From positions 475,297-539,296 of the forward strand of contig NIVC01000168.1 of NCBI GenBank assembly GCA_002269645.1: a stretch of 64,000 nt of DNA, given 5' to 3'. This document shows positions 48,820-60,900 of the stretch, piece by piece. Position numbers and translations under genes: made by a program. The first letter of the stretch is position 1, and each line of letters begins with the position of its first letter. The notes under the pieces were generated by a model. It saw nothing but the letters and a program-made list of their open reading frames with translations, did not search any database and was not told the origin of the DNA. The DNA is from Macrostomum lignano (Eukaryota).

Positions 48820-51800
48820 CTATGCCAGAAGCTCTTCTTCGTCCATGTTGTTTAAACTCTCGATTGGAAAAACATCAATAAATTTTATGTTGCGCTTAGG
48901 ATCCAGATAAAAATACTTTAACACGCCAAGCTTCTCCAGGTAGGGAGCCATCAAAAGCCTGTACCTGTTGATTGAATTTCAGCGTTCAATTAGTTCCATT
49001 GGCTCTGCTTTAGTCTGGCTAATGTGCTTCGGACTGGCTAATTTGCCCTAGTCTGGATAATGTACTACAGTCTGGTTAAGAATGTCCTTCAGTCTGGCTA
49101 AGAATGTGCTCCAGTCCTGTCTAAGGATGTGCACTAGTCTGGCCGAGATCCGTTTTACCTGGGAATGGCCGGGCCCCAGGTGTAGGTAGGAATGGACAAG
49201 TCCCGCAGCCGGCGCCACCAGGAGATGCCGACGGGCTCCATGAGCAGCCGGCTGAGCCCCGTGCCGACAATGATGAGCAGCGGAATCACTGACAGCAGCC
49301 AGCCCAGCGCGTCCGCCCAGATGGGATAATAATCCCCTTTTCCCTTGGTGTACTCGGTGCGCCCCAGGTCAGCAACGCTGGCTAGGAGAGTGAAGAGGAT
49401 CAGCGCAGGTGTGACGTATTGCCACATGTACCTCCAGACCGGCCTTGTCAAATTTAATGATCAATTGATTTATCGGTGAGAATGCAGCATTATCTTTCAT
49501 TATTAAGTGAAGTGGCGATAGAACACGACTGTTGATCTTAAAATGATTGCGCTTACTTTTAAGTCATTAATACCCCGTTAGATCATGTGGGCAATATAGT
49601 TCTCAATCACATTTGCTCAATACCAATTCAACCTCCCGATGGGTTTCCTACTCTCTTCTTTCCGTGGGTTTTTTCAATTCCAGGTAAGCTATCGATTTTG
49701 GTTGCTGACTATACTCAGCAACATTGAGAAGTCGCCACCCTTTGCCCCAGTGAGCAGTTCTTTCGACCAGCGTCTATCACCTGGCCAACCATTTTGATAC
49801 TAAAAAATGCTTTAAAAATCGATGAAAACCGGGCGGAAGCTTCAATCCATCCAATCTTCGCCCTCCGCTCTTCCCAATCCCTCCTCACCCAGCCCAACTC
49901 TGCGTCGCGTGGCGCAAGTTGCGTCACTCAAAAGTCAATCCTGAGCTGGAATTTACTGCGCATTCTCAAAAGTGGCGAATTATTAATGCTGTTGAGTACA
50001 CATACAGCACATGTTCCACAATTTATGCTCGAATACCATGAATAGAACTCACGAAATGGACTGACGCATCATGAGCGCGATGTCCTCGGTGAACCGGTGG
50101 AACTTGCCGAACCCGGGCCGGCCGTAAACCCAGCCCACTAAAATGCACTCCATGAAGCCCACGAGCAGCACTATCCAGCCGCTCAAATATCTGTCGAAGA
50201 TGTTCATCAGGTATAACCCGCCCGAACAGGTGAACGGCAGGCCAAGGAGGAACATCACGAAGCACACAGCCCCGATCAAGGGCAGCCGGTGGCGTCGAAG
50301 GACGAAAAATTTATCGCACAGAGCTGTGATCAGCGTTTCAACAAGCCCGAACTGTAAAAGGTGATCACGCAGGGTTAGCGTATTCAGAGATCCAAAGTTT
50401 TCAAGCTTGCGATGAGAAACCCGGCGCTCAGTCATTAGTAGTGAGGAGTATCGGAGGAACCCGTAATCATTATTTCACCATCCTAACGGAGCAACACACG
50501 CTCACAAACATTGACAATCAATCAATCAAACCAGAGCGTCTTGGATGTACCTCAAAAGGCAGTCTCCCATTAATTCCTTACTGACTGTCACAGACAGACC
50601 TAAGACTTTCGAAACGATCATATTTGGTACTGAGCTCTACGAGTCAGGTTTAGTTCACCCCTTTCTGGAATTCCGTTCGCCTGAAAGGTATTTTGAATAG
50701 TTGCTCCGGTATAGTCAAAATTTTCGCTCGTAATAAAAAGTACAGAGAGAGCCACAGAAGTTACAGGATACACTCTGCAAGCAGTAAAAGACCCAACAAA
50801 TGGACAAAAAACTTAATATTGTAAATTTACCTGACTGTCGATTCCAAGACTAAAAATCATGATAAAGAATAGAATTGACCAGTAGTTGCTCCCTGGCAGC
50901 AGATTCATAACCTCAGGGTAAACGATGAATGCAAGCCCGAATTCTGAAGCCGGATAGATTGCTCGTCATCAACTATCACTTCTTCAAAATATTTTATTTG
51001 TATTGTATTTTTAAAAAATAAATTGCCTTGCCTGAGCGAGTCACGTCGCTCACGGGCACCCTTAGATTGCCAGCCAGGTGACCGATGAAGCTGAATATGA
51101 CGAAGCCAGCGAACACGCTCGTCAGGCAGTTGGCCGAAGTTACAAAGAACGTGTCCCGGATGACGTTGTTGTGAAATCGATTGTAGCTGGAGAGCGACAT
51201 CAGGCCGCCCCAGCTGCAGGACAGCGAGAAGAAGATCTGGCCAGCCGCGTCCTTCCAGACCCGAGCTTTGCCGAGCGCGCTGAAGTCCGGGACGATGTAG
51301 AACCGGATGCCCTCGATCGCGTTTTCCAGGGTGACACCTCTGATGAAGAAGATCAAGAGGATCACGTAGGGAAACAGGGCGGTGAAGTACACCACCTTGC
51401 CGGATGACTTGATGCCACGAATCATGCTTAAGAAGATGACAATCCAGGAAAGCAGCAGGCACATCACCAGCTTCCAGTCCGGCGAGCCAAACTTGTTGAT
51501 GTCGCCGCTGACTTTTAAAACCTCGCGGCTGCATTAGGAAGACGGAGAGTGGCATTGACACAGATCCTAACCTAACCCTAATCTCAGGACACTGCAGTGC
51601 TCAAGCGCTCACTTGAAGTACTCTTCCGACGCTAGAATTCGTCGAAGCCCTGTCGTCTTTTGAAATAGGCTTTCGTTGTAGATGCCCAAGAAGATGGTGC
51701 CGTTGTAGCAGGTGCCATTCGGCTGTGGCTGGCCCTCTCCACAGGACACAAACGGCAGGCGATCGGTGCACGCTAAAAGTAAAAAAACGGTTTCGTTAGT

Positions 51801-53011
51801 ATGATTCGTGCCTTTTGAAAACAAAGTGAGATTGAATACACTCGCAGAACTTGATTCAAAAATCATTTTGATTAAAAAATCACAGTTGGTGTTCCAATGG
51901 TGACTGCAGTTATTCCAAGGCAGAGTTGACGTCATTGATGCGAAGGTGTAGTATATAGAAATGGATATTATTATGTTGTAGTAGGTTGACACTGTTGTGG
52001 ACAAGAACACCATCGAGTAGCCAAGACCTGTGGAGGATGCGAGGATCAGGAAATATTTTTTTTAAAATAGGTTCGCTAAAGCGGACCCTTCTTTGTACTG
52101 ACTGACGAGTCAAGTGCTAAGTTAGAGTTAGAACTGCCCGTACAATGACAATGACTAGCGGGTTCTAGACTGCACTAAAAGGTGCCAAGGCAAAGCGAAA
52201 TCGATCATACGGGTTGGTGACTAAAATTTTCCTATTTCTAACGAACTATTTGATCCATACGAAATCACAGACAGGCTAATTCTAAATCGGGAGCAGACTT
52301 AAAACTTCAGGTAAAACAACTCTCAAGCGTCGATTTGTGCACACCGGTGAAGATGGGCGCGAACTCCCAGCAGGTGGCCGGGCCCTCGCTGGTGAACTGT
52401 CCCAGGCTGAGGTCTAGCAGGAACACAGGAATGCCGCACAACAGCAAAAGGATGGCGTAGGGTATCAGAAACGCGCCACCACCGTTGCTGAAGCACAGGT
52501 AGGGAAAGCGCCAAAAATTTCCCAGACCGACCGCGTAGCCCAGGCAGCTGAGCACGAAGTCCAGCCGGCCCGACCAGTTGCCTCTTTCCGGGTTCTCGTC
52601 CACGCTGTAGTTGACGGTAGACCGGTGATCAGCTTCCCTGGAGGCCCTGTCCCGACTGCAGCTGCTCCCGATCCCATTGATGCCGCTGCCGCCTCTTGTA
52701 AAGGGTTGCCTAGAGGCCCCGCCGCCTCTGCCGCCGTCCGAGGCATTGACAGTGAGCTCGGCGCGGAGCTGACGAATGAACCGCTCGCGTTGCTGGGCCG
52801 GGGTTTCCTTCAGCCACTTGATCTGCTTTTTCTTTTCCTTCCGCAGGTTGCATTGTTGGCTTTCATTAGAAACAGATTCCTCTCTATTGCTTATGGTGTT
52901 TTTTTGATCCGGCTTCTGCTGCTGATGCTGCTGCTGTTGTTGTTGCTGCTGATTATCATCGGTAGTCAAATCGAGTGGTTGCAAGTTATTGGATGATTTT
53001 TGCTCCGGCAT
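48820..53011 (-). CDS. SLC6 Na+/Cl- dependent amino-acid transporter, GlyT2-like, paralogue 1 (~769 aa)
   Basis: Exons 53011-52345, 52027-51884, 51772-51613, 51528-51032 (GC donor), 50943-50831, 50351-50053, 49443-49159, 48964-48820 total 2310 nt in frame. Motifs [61 protein letters not shown]. Confidence 0.93.
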
Positions 53012-54264
53012 TTTTGTCCGGTGCTGGTCATTTTTCAGTTATGAGATTTTAAAGCCGCTTTGCTGATTTACACAAACAGTTTATGGTAAATCCCTGCAGA
53101 TTAAAAACGCTACGAGCTTTCAACGGCTGGTCAGTTCCGCCGTAGAACTAATATATTGTCCTTGAGTTACTTAGGCTTTTTGCAGTGTAGTGTGTTGTAG
53201 AACTTTCAGACAATGTTTACTGACCGTAGTGACATTTTTCAAACTTGGTGGCCAGTCAAAATAGCCTATACATGTACCTACATGTACCTCTATTGGTTCT
53301 CCTCGTTCAATTCCTTCCTAGTCATTTTCTACTACTGTCCACTTTAGAAACTTTAGCCTGAGAGCCGGGTGCGTTACTGCACAGCTACCGACCCTCAATC
53401 ACTGACTAAACAGAAACAGAATAATGTAGATTGCCAGCCAGCGGCTGCCTAGCGCTTTCTCCTGCACCAGCTGTGAGCAGTACGACTCAGCGCGGATAAA
53501 GTATCTTACCGGCTGTCAGTTTTATGCTCGGAATCAGAACGCGGTCGTGGCTCGAGAGGTCAGACGTTTCGAGACTGTTTACCACGGACTGCGGTGGCCC
53601 TCGCCCTTAATTTAGGTGGCAGCACGAATTTATCTGCTCCACAATGTAGCTGGTGGTGATTGTGGCATTGGCAGGATGAGTTGCAAGCCGCGACCACAAA
53701 AGCCTGCAGTTCAGATGGCGCAATCTTATAGTTACAGTTTGAATTGAGCCAGTTAAGTTTTGACCTAATTTGTTCACCCATCTAAAACAGTAGGGAATCT
53801 CGCTTTCGTATATTCAATTGTTCCTTTTTGAAGTTTTCTAGCCAGAACTGCAGCGATTCGGGAAAATTTTGGATAGTATGCAATGGTATGTATGTTTGAA
53901 AAAATATGTTAAAATGTAAAATTTTGTGTCCTCGGTAGGTGTTGCGCATTGAGCTGCAGCTCGTCGACGTTGATGATTGAGGTAGACAGAGGGTCTGTGA
54001 CCGGCGGCAGTCCAGCCAGCTCGCTGACGGAGGGTCTATGGGCGCAAGTGACGGAATTAATTTCGAAAAATGTGTCATAAAATGTTTATTTTTTAGACAG
54101 AAATTAAGTGTGGCTTCGCTGGGGCCTCGATTATTTCTTCTTTCTCACCCTATCAAAATTTCCACCAAGCCTCTCCTTTTCTTGTCCTTTGTTCTTCTGT
54201 CCGCTTGTACACTGGTTTTACCTTCCTAAGGTTATGTGATGCGGCTTCTGACTTTAGAAGTGGT

Positions 54265-55470
54265 CTTCTCTCCCTGTCCTCTCCCTGTCGTCCTGTCCTC
54301 GTCTCCCTGTCCTCTTCTCCCTGTCCTCTTCTCCCTGTCCTCTTCTCCCTGTCCTCTTCTCCCTGTCCTCTTCTCCCTGTCCTCTTCTCCCTGTCCTCTT
54401 CTCCCTGTCCTCTTCTCCCTGTCCTCTTCTCCCTGTCCTCTTCTCCCTGTCCTCTTCTCCCTGTCCTCTTCTCCCTGTCCTCTTCTCCCTGTCCTCTTCT
54501 CCCTGTCCTCTTCTCCCTGTCCTCTTCTCCCTGTCCTCTTCTCCCTGTCCTCTCCCTGTCGTCCTGTCCTCTTCTCCCTGTCCTCTTCTCCCTGTCCCCT
54601 TCTCCCTGTCCTCTTCTCCCTGTCCTCTTCTCCCTGTCCTCTTCTCCCTGTCCTCTTCTCCCTGTCCTCTTTTCCCTGTCCTCTTCTCACTGTCCTTCCC
54701 TGCCTGTCCTCTTCTCCCTGTCCTCTTCTCCCTGTCCCCTTCTCCCTGTCCTCTTCTCCCTGTCCTCTTCTCCCTGTCCTCTTCTCCCTGTCCTCTTCTC
54801 CCTGTCCTCTTCTCCCTGTCCTCTTCTCCCTGTCCTCTTCTCCCTGTCCTCTTCTCCCTGTCCTCTTCTCCCTGTCCTCTTTTCCCTGTCCTCTTCTCAC
54901 TGTCCTTCCCTGCCTGTCCTCTTCTCCCTGTCCTCTTCTCCCTGTCCTCTTCTCCCTGTCCTCTTCTCCCTGTCCTCTTCTCCCTGTCCTCTTCTCCCTG
55001 TCCTCTTCTCCCTGTCCTCTTCTCCCTGTCCTCTTCTCCCTGTCCTCTCCCTGTCCTCTTCTCCCTGTCCCCTTCTCCCTGTCCTCTTCTCCCTGTCCTC
55101 TCCCTGTCCTCTTCTCCCTGTCCTCTTCTCCCTGTCCTCTTCTCCCTGTCCTCTTCTCCCTGTCCTCTTCTCCCTGTCCTCTTCTCCCTGTCCTCTTCTC
55201 CCTGTCCTCTTCTCCCTGTCCTCTTCTCCCTGTCCTCTTCTCCCTGTCCTCTTCTCCCTGTCCTCTTCTCCCTGTCCTCTTCTCCCTGTCCTCTTCTCCC
55301 TGTCCTCTTCTCCCTGTCCTCTTCTCCCTGTCCTTCCCTGCCTGTCCTCTTCTCACTGTCCTTCCCTGCCTGTCCTCTTCTCCCTGTCCTTCCCTCCCTG
55401 TCCTTCCCTCCCTGTCCTCTTCTCCCTATCCTTTACTCCCTGTCCTCTTCTCCCTGTCCTCTTCTCCTTG
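54265..55470. repeat. 14-bp polypyrimidine array
   Basis: (CTCCCTGTCCTCTT)n; explains the 374-440 aa spurious ORFs. Confidence 0.97.
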
Positions 55471-56599
55471 TTATTTGGTTGTTACTATTTTAGCCATATT
55501 TTTCCAGAGTGCGTTTAGATTAATTATTGTGTTAGGATTTCAAAATAGGTCAAAATAGTAAGGCGCAATTCCAGAACCAGTTTGGCCAAGCCGAGGGGTC
55601 GACACGGCTTGCAACTCATCGATGTACCCCGGCTTAACGCGGTCAGCCAATCAGAATCGGCCTGAGAACGCGCCGCCGCTCCAGTGCAATCGGAATTACT
55701 GACCGGCCAGTCAGACACCCACCACCCGGCTTGAGTCTTTTTCGTGTTGCCCGTCTCACCATCATCTGAGCAGCGAAGATACCGTTGCAATCTCCTTCCT
55801 TTGCCCCCAGCCCGACCACATTCCGCCTGCCGATTAGGCAGCTTTCGGCGTTCTGCGTCTTGAGAGTGCGCCGCTGGTCAAGCGTGGTCTAGATAGGCGA
55901 CTGTTGTTGTGAAGCCAGTACGTGCTCTGTTCGGAGACTCCGCCATCTGGCAGAAGGAGTGCCAACCTATAGGAATTTGTCGGCGCAGCGCTGACAGCTG
56001 AGACAACAGGAGCCTCGTCCATAGAGTAGCGCCCGGAATTAGGCCAGAATTAGGAAAACTTCGCAGCGTTCCTTTTAGCCGTTTCTCCCCGGTTTTAATA
56101 ATCTCTATCTGCCGCGTCAGTCTTTACTTATCGTGAGATCTACCAGTAAAACCAGAAGATCTTGGCAAGCCCTACAGTGTACTGTGTCTCCCCGTTCGTG
56201 GGAATTAATCATGAGTCACCGCGTTTTATCGCTAATTTTAGCATCTTGGCCAGTCAGTCAATCAAGTCATCAGAAGAGAAGGGCTCTTTGTGGTCTTACT
56301 TAAGTTTAGAGCTTGTTTGTAACCTGACCAAATCCTCTCAGAACAGCTTCTGCATCAAATGGTCTCAGCATAGCTTGGCCATAGAGAAATTTCCGATCCT
56401 TTTTCCATGGAGTCTTCTGCATACAGGGTGTGGAAAATTGATTGCCTCAGTTGGAAAACTGATTGCGACTTTAAGCCACTTTTGTTTGGGCCATAGACTA
56501 CTTTGACTAAGCGAAGCCACCGAGTCTCTGTATACTTTTGAAAGCTCAGAGGGAAAATTGACTGTCCTATTTGCCGTATCGCAATTGCATTCATCACAC

Positions 56600-57600
56600 T
56601 CTCCTTCCCTCCCTGTCCTTCCCTCCCTGTCCTTCCCTCCCTGTCCTTCCCTCCCTGTCCTTCCCTCCCTGTCCTTCCCTCCCTGTCCTTCCCTCCCTGT
56701 CCTTCCCTCCCTGTCCTTCCCTCCCTGTCCTTCCCTCCCTGTCCTTCCCTCCCTGTCCTTCCCTCCCTGTCCTTCCCTCCCTGTCCTTCCCTCCCTGTCC
56801 TTCCCTCCCTGTCCTTCCCTCCCTGTCCTTCCCTCCCTGTCCTTCCCTCCCTCTGTCCTTCCCTCCCTGTCCTTCCCTCCCTGTCCTTCCCTCCCTCTGT
56901 CCTTCCCTCCCTGTCCTTCCTTCCCTGTACTTCCCTCCCTGTCCTTCCTTCCCTGTACTTCCCTCCCTGTCCTTCCCTCCCTGTCCTTCCCTGTGTCCTT
57001 CCCTTCCTGTCCTTCCCTCCCTGTCCTTCCCTCCCTGTCCTTCCCTCCCTGTACTTCCCTCCCTGTCCTTCCCTCCCTGTCCTTCCTTCCCTGTACTTCC
57101 CTCCCTGTACTTCCCTCCCTGTCCTTCCCTCCCTGTCCTTCCCTCCCTGTCCTTCCCTCCCTGTCCTTCCCTCCCTGTCCTTCCCTCCCTCTGTCCTTCC
57201 CTCCCTGTCCTTCCCTCCCTCTGTCCTTCCCTCCCTGTCCTTCCCTCCCTGTCCTTCCCTCCCTCTGTCCTTCCTTCCCTGTCCTTCCCTCCCTGTCCTT
57301 CCCTCCCTGTCCTTCCCTCCCTCTGTCCTTCCCTGTGTCCTTCCCTTCCTGTCCTTCCCTCCCTGTCCTTCCCTCCCTGTCCTTCCCTCCCTGTACTTCC
57401 CTCCCTGTCCTTCCCTCCCTGTCCTTCCTTCCCTGTACTTCCCTCCCTGTACTTCCCTCCCTGTCCTTCCCTCCCTGTCCTTCCCTCCCTGTCCTTCCCT
57501 CCCTGTCCTTCCCTCCCTGTCCTTCCCTCCCTGTCCTTCCCTCCCTCTGTCCTTCCCTCCCTGTCCTTCCCTCCCTGTCCTTCCCTCCCTGTCCTTCCCT
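56600..57600. repeat. 14-bp polypyrimidine array
   Basis: (CCTTCCCTCCCTGT)n. Confidence 0.97.
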
Positions 57601-57962
57601 CTCTGTTCTCTTCAATAAAAGAAAGGAAGCAGTACGAACAACAGGACTTTTTATAAGTAGTTGTTATTCGCTCATAAAGCTAGAGTAAAAGTCATCCTTG
57701 CGCAGTGTAAAACTAAAATGAAACATGCTTTGCGGAAATATTTGCTTCAAGTAAGCAGGAATGTATTATTGGCTTTTATTAAGACATTTGAGGTGCTTTA
57801 AAAGTGTGGCAACTAAAAGTTCATTCTTTAGTGGAGGTGAAGTTAGCAAGTATAATTTGCATAGAGAATATTCGATGAAAGTTAAGCAAAGATATTACGG
57901 CAAAGTGATTGGCAATTTTGAAGAGAAAAGCGTAAAAACTAAACCTCCCGACAAACATTCCG

Positions 57963-60900
57963 TCAAATATCTGTGGAGCCGCCGCCTCCCCCAGGAATCG
58001 AGTGCAGGGAGCCACCCGCGTTGAAGCCGGGGTTCGAGTGGCTCTCTCTGTTCGCACTGGCGACTCGCCCTCCATCACGTCTCTACAATATACAATATAC
58101 GGGAAAGTCTTAGCAGCTGTCCCGGTTTATCGGTGAAGAAGCAGTTTTTATGGGAGGCTGAAGGCTTCGTGAGAGTAAAAATTTTAATTTACTTACCTGC
58201 GCTGCTGAATCCAAGTTTTGGAACTCCTGCTCGCTGGGGAAAACATCCGTGTACTTTATCAGCTTCACCGGATCGAGGTAGAAGTGTCGCAGAGCGCCAA
58301 GTTTCTCCAGGTAGGACGCCATCAACAGCCGGTGACTGTATATTAGAGAAGGCGTAAATTTTGTTTGAATTGGGAAAATCAGAGACTACAAGGACCGCTA
58401 GAAGCAACAGGGTAAAAGAAGTTTCTCAAGACTGAAGGTTGAAGGAGCTTTTATAATGCGCAGAAATTTTAATGAATGCACAAAAACAATTCTGAAAATT
58501 CTTGTACTCGTATCGTAATACAGGCTCAAATGTTCGAGTGCATGTTCGTACCAACCTCATTCAGACTTCATGCGCATTGCGCTCTTCATGAACTCTTAAT
58601 GAAATATGTAAATTTTGTGCGCAGTGAAATTTTGCAGCTGACCTGCCAATGACCAAGGCGGAATGCTGACCTGCCAATGACCAAGGCGGAATGCTGACCT
58701 GCCATTATCTAAGGCGGAATGCTGACCTGCCAATGACCAAGGCGGAATGCTGACCTGCCAATGACCAAGGCGGAATGCTGACCTGCCATTATCTAAGGCG
58801 GAATGCTGACCTGCCAATGACCAAGGCGGAATGCTGACATGCCAATGACCAAGGTGGAATGCTGACCTGCCAATGACCAAGTTGGAATGCTGACCTGCCA
58901 TTATCTAAGGCGGAATGCTGACCTGCCAATGACCAAGGCGGAATGCTGACCTGCCAATGACCAAGGCGGAATGCTGACCTGCCAATGACCAAGGCGGAAT
59001 GCTGACCTGCCAATGACCAAGGCGGAATGCTGACCTGCCAATGATCAAGGTGGAATGAGACTTTTTGATTTAGTATTTTAAAAGCATTTATTTATTTCCC
59101 GTCGCCTCCCCAACGACGGGCGAAGATTGCTAGTTTCGTCTAATTTTATAAACCGTTATACCCACCTGGGCAGTGCCGGTCCCCACTTGTAGGACGGAAT
59201 CGACAGGCCGAGCAGCCGCTGCTTCCACGGAGTACCCGAGGGCTCCATGAACAGCTTTAGCAGCCCGGTGCCGAAAATGATGAGCACGGTGGCGATGGCG
59301 ATCAGCCAGCCGAGCGCGTCCGCCCAGCCGGGATAAAAATCCCCGGCCCCCGCCGTGTACTCGCTCCGCCCGTAATCAACCCAGTTGAAGATGATGATTG
59401 CCATGATTAGTGCCGGCGAGATGTATTGCCACAGGTATCGCCAGATGGGCCTGAATGTGATCAATAAGGCTTAATTAGCGCCAAGACGCACTACACCTGA
59501 ACCTTGAGTCGTACATTCAAAGTAGCAAGCCAGAACCGCAAACTTACGAAATTGGCCTTTGCATAATGAGCCCGATGTCCTCGCTGAACCGGTGGAAATT
59601 CCCGAATCCGGGCCGGCCGTAGACCCAGCCGACTGTGACGCACTCGAAGAAGCCAATCAGCAGGATTGTCCAGCTGCCCGCGTAGCTGTCAACAATATTC
59701 ATCAAGTAGAGGCCGCCCGAGCAGGTGAACGGCAGGCCCAGGAGGAACATCACCACGGAGACCACAGCAATTACTGGCGGCTTGTGCCGTCGGAGGCCGC
59801 GAAACTGGTCGCAGAGCGAAGTGATCAACGTCTCCACCATGGCGAACTGTGGTTGGGGCGTAGATGAATCGAATTTAAATTAAGAATACTTTTATTACTA
59901 ATAAAATGCTATCGAAGTGTAGCGCGATAGTGAACGCTTCCAATCTCCATTTACCGACTGTGATAATTAATAATAACCTACTAGCCTCGGTCACTGCAAG
60001 TAACTGCTAATGAGCTGCTAATCAATGAGCTACAATGTTAGTAACACAACAAACCTGACTGTCCACTCCGAGATTGAGAATCATGAAGAAGAACAGAATG
60101 GCCCAGAAGGTGCTGCCAGGAAGCAACTTCATGGCTTCGGGGTAGATGATGAACGCCAGTCCGAATCCTACAATATAAAGTTATTCAGTTATTTAGAAAC
60201 CGAACTAACCGAGGCATCGATATTTTTCTTGAATGCAGACCTCAAAACTCACCTGACTGCGAAACGTCCTTGACGGGCACCTTCAGATTGCCAGCCAGGT
60301 GACCGATGAAGCTGAATATGACGAAGCCAGCGAACACGCTCGTCAGGCAGTTGGCCGAAGTTACAAAGAACGTGTCCCGGATGACGTTGTTATGAAATCG
60401 ATTGTAGCTGGAGAGCGACATCAGGCCGCCCCAGCTGCAGGACAGCGAGAAGAAGATCTGGCCAGCCGCGTCCTTCCAGACCCGAGCTTTGCCGAGCGCG
60501 CTGAAGTCCGGGACGATGTAGAACCGGATGCCCTCGATCGCGTTTTCCAGGGTGACCCCGCGGAAGAACAAGATCAGCAGGACCACGTAGGGAAACAGGG
60601 CGGTGAAGTACACCACCTTGCCGGATGACTTGATGCCTTTGACCATGCAACAGTAGATGACAATCCACGAAAGCAGCAGGCACAATACCAGCTTCCAGTC
60701 CGGCGAGCCAAACTTGTTGATGTCGCTGCTGGTCTTCAAAACCTCGTGACTGTTGTGCATTGAAGGAGGATGTAGAGTTGCGTTAATGACGATCGCAGGA
60801 GCGCGTGGTTCCGCATATATTTCAACAATTAGTTTACAGGACGTAGATAAGAGTTCAGTTATTATCAAGATATGGTTTATTAAGAATGCCAAGTCAGATT

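Noticed and set aside
53400-56060. GC-richer patches with short ORFs, a 16-bp inverted match GATGAGTTGCAAGCCG (53677 vs ~55607) and a WWVSDW thrombospondin-like word
   Set aside because: No coherent reading frame, spacing of cysteines does not fit, and the match is too short to call an element.
54205-57688. Long ORFs of 361-440 aa
   Set aside because: They are translations of 14-bp tandem arrays, open in several frames on both strands.
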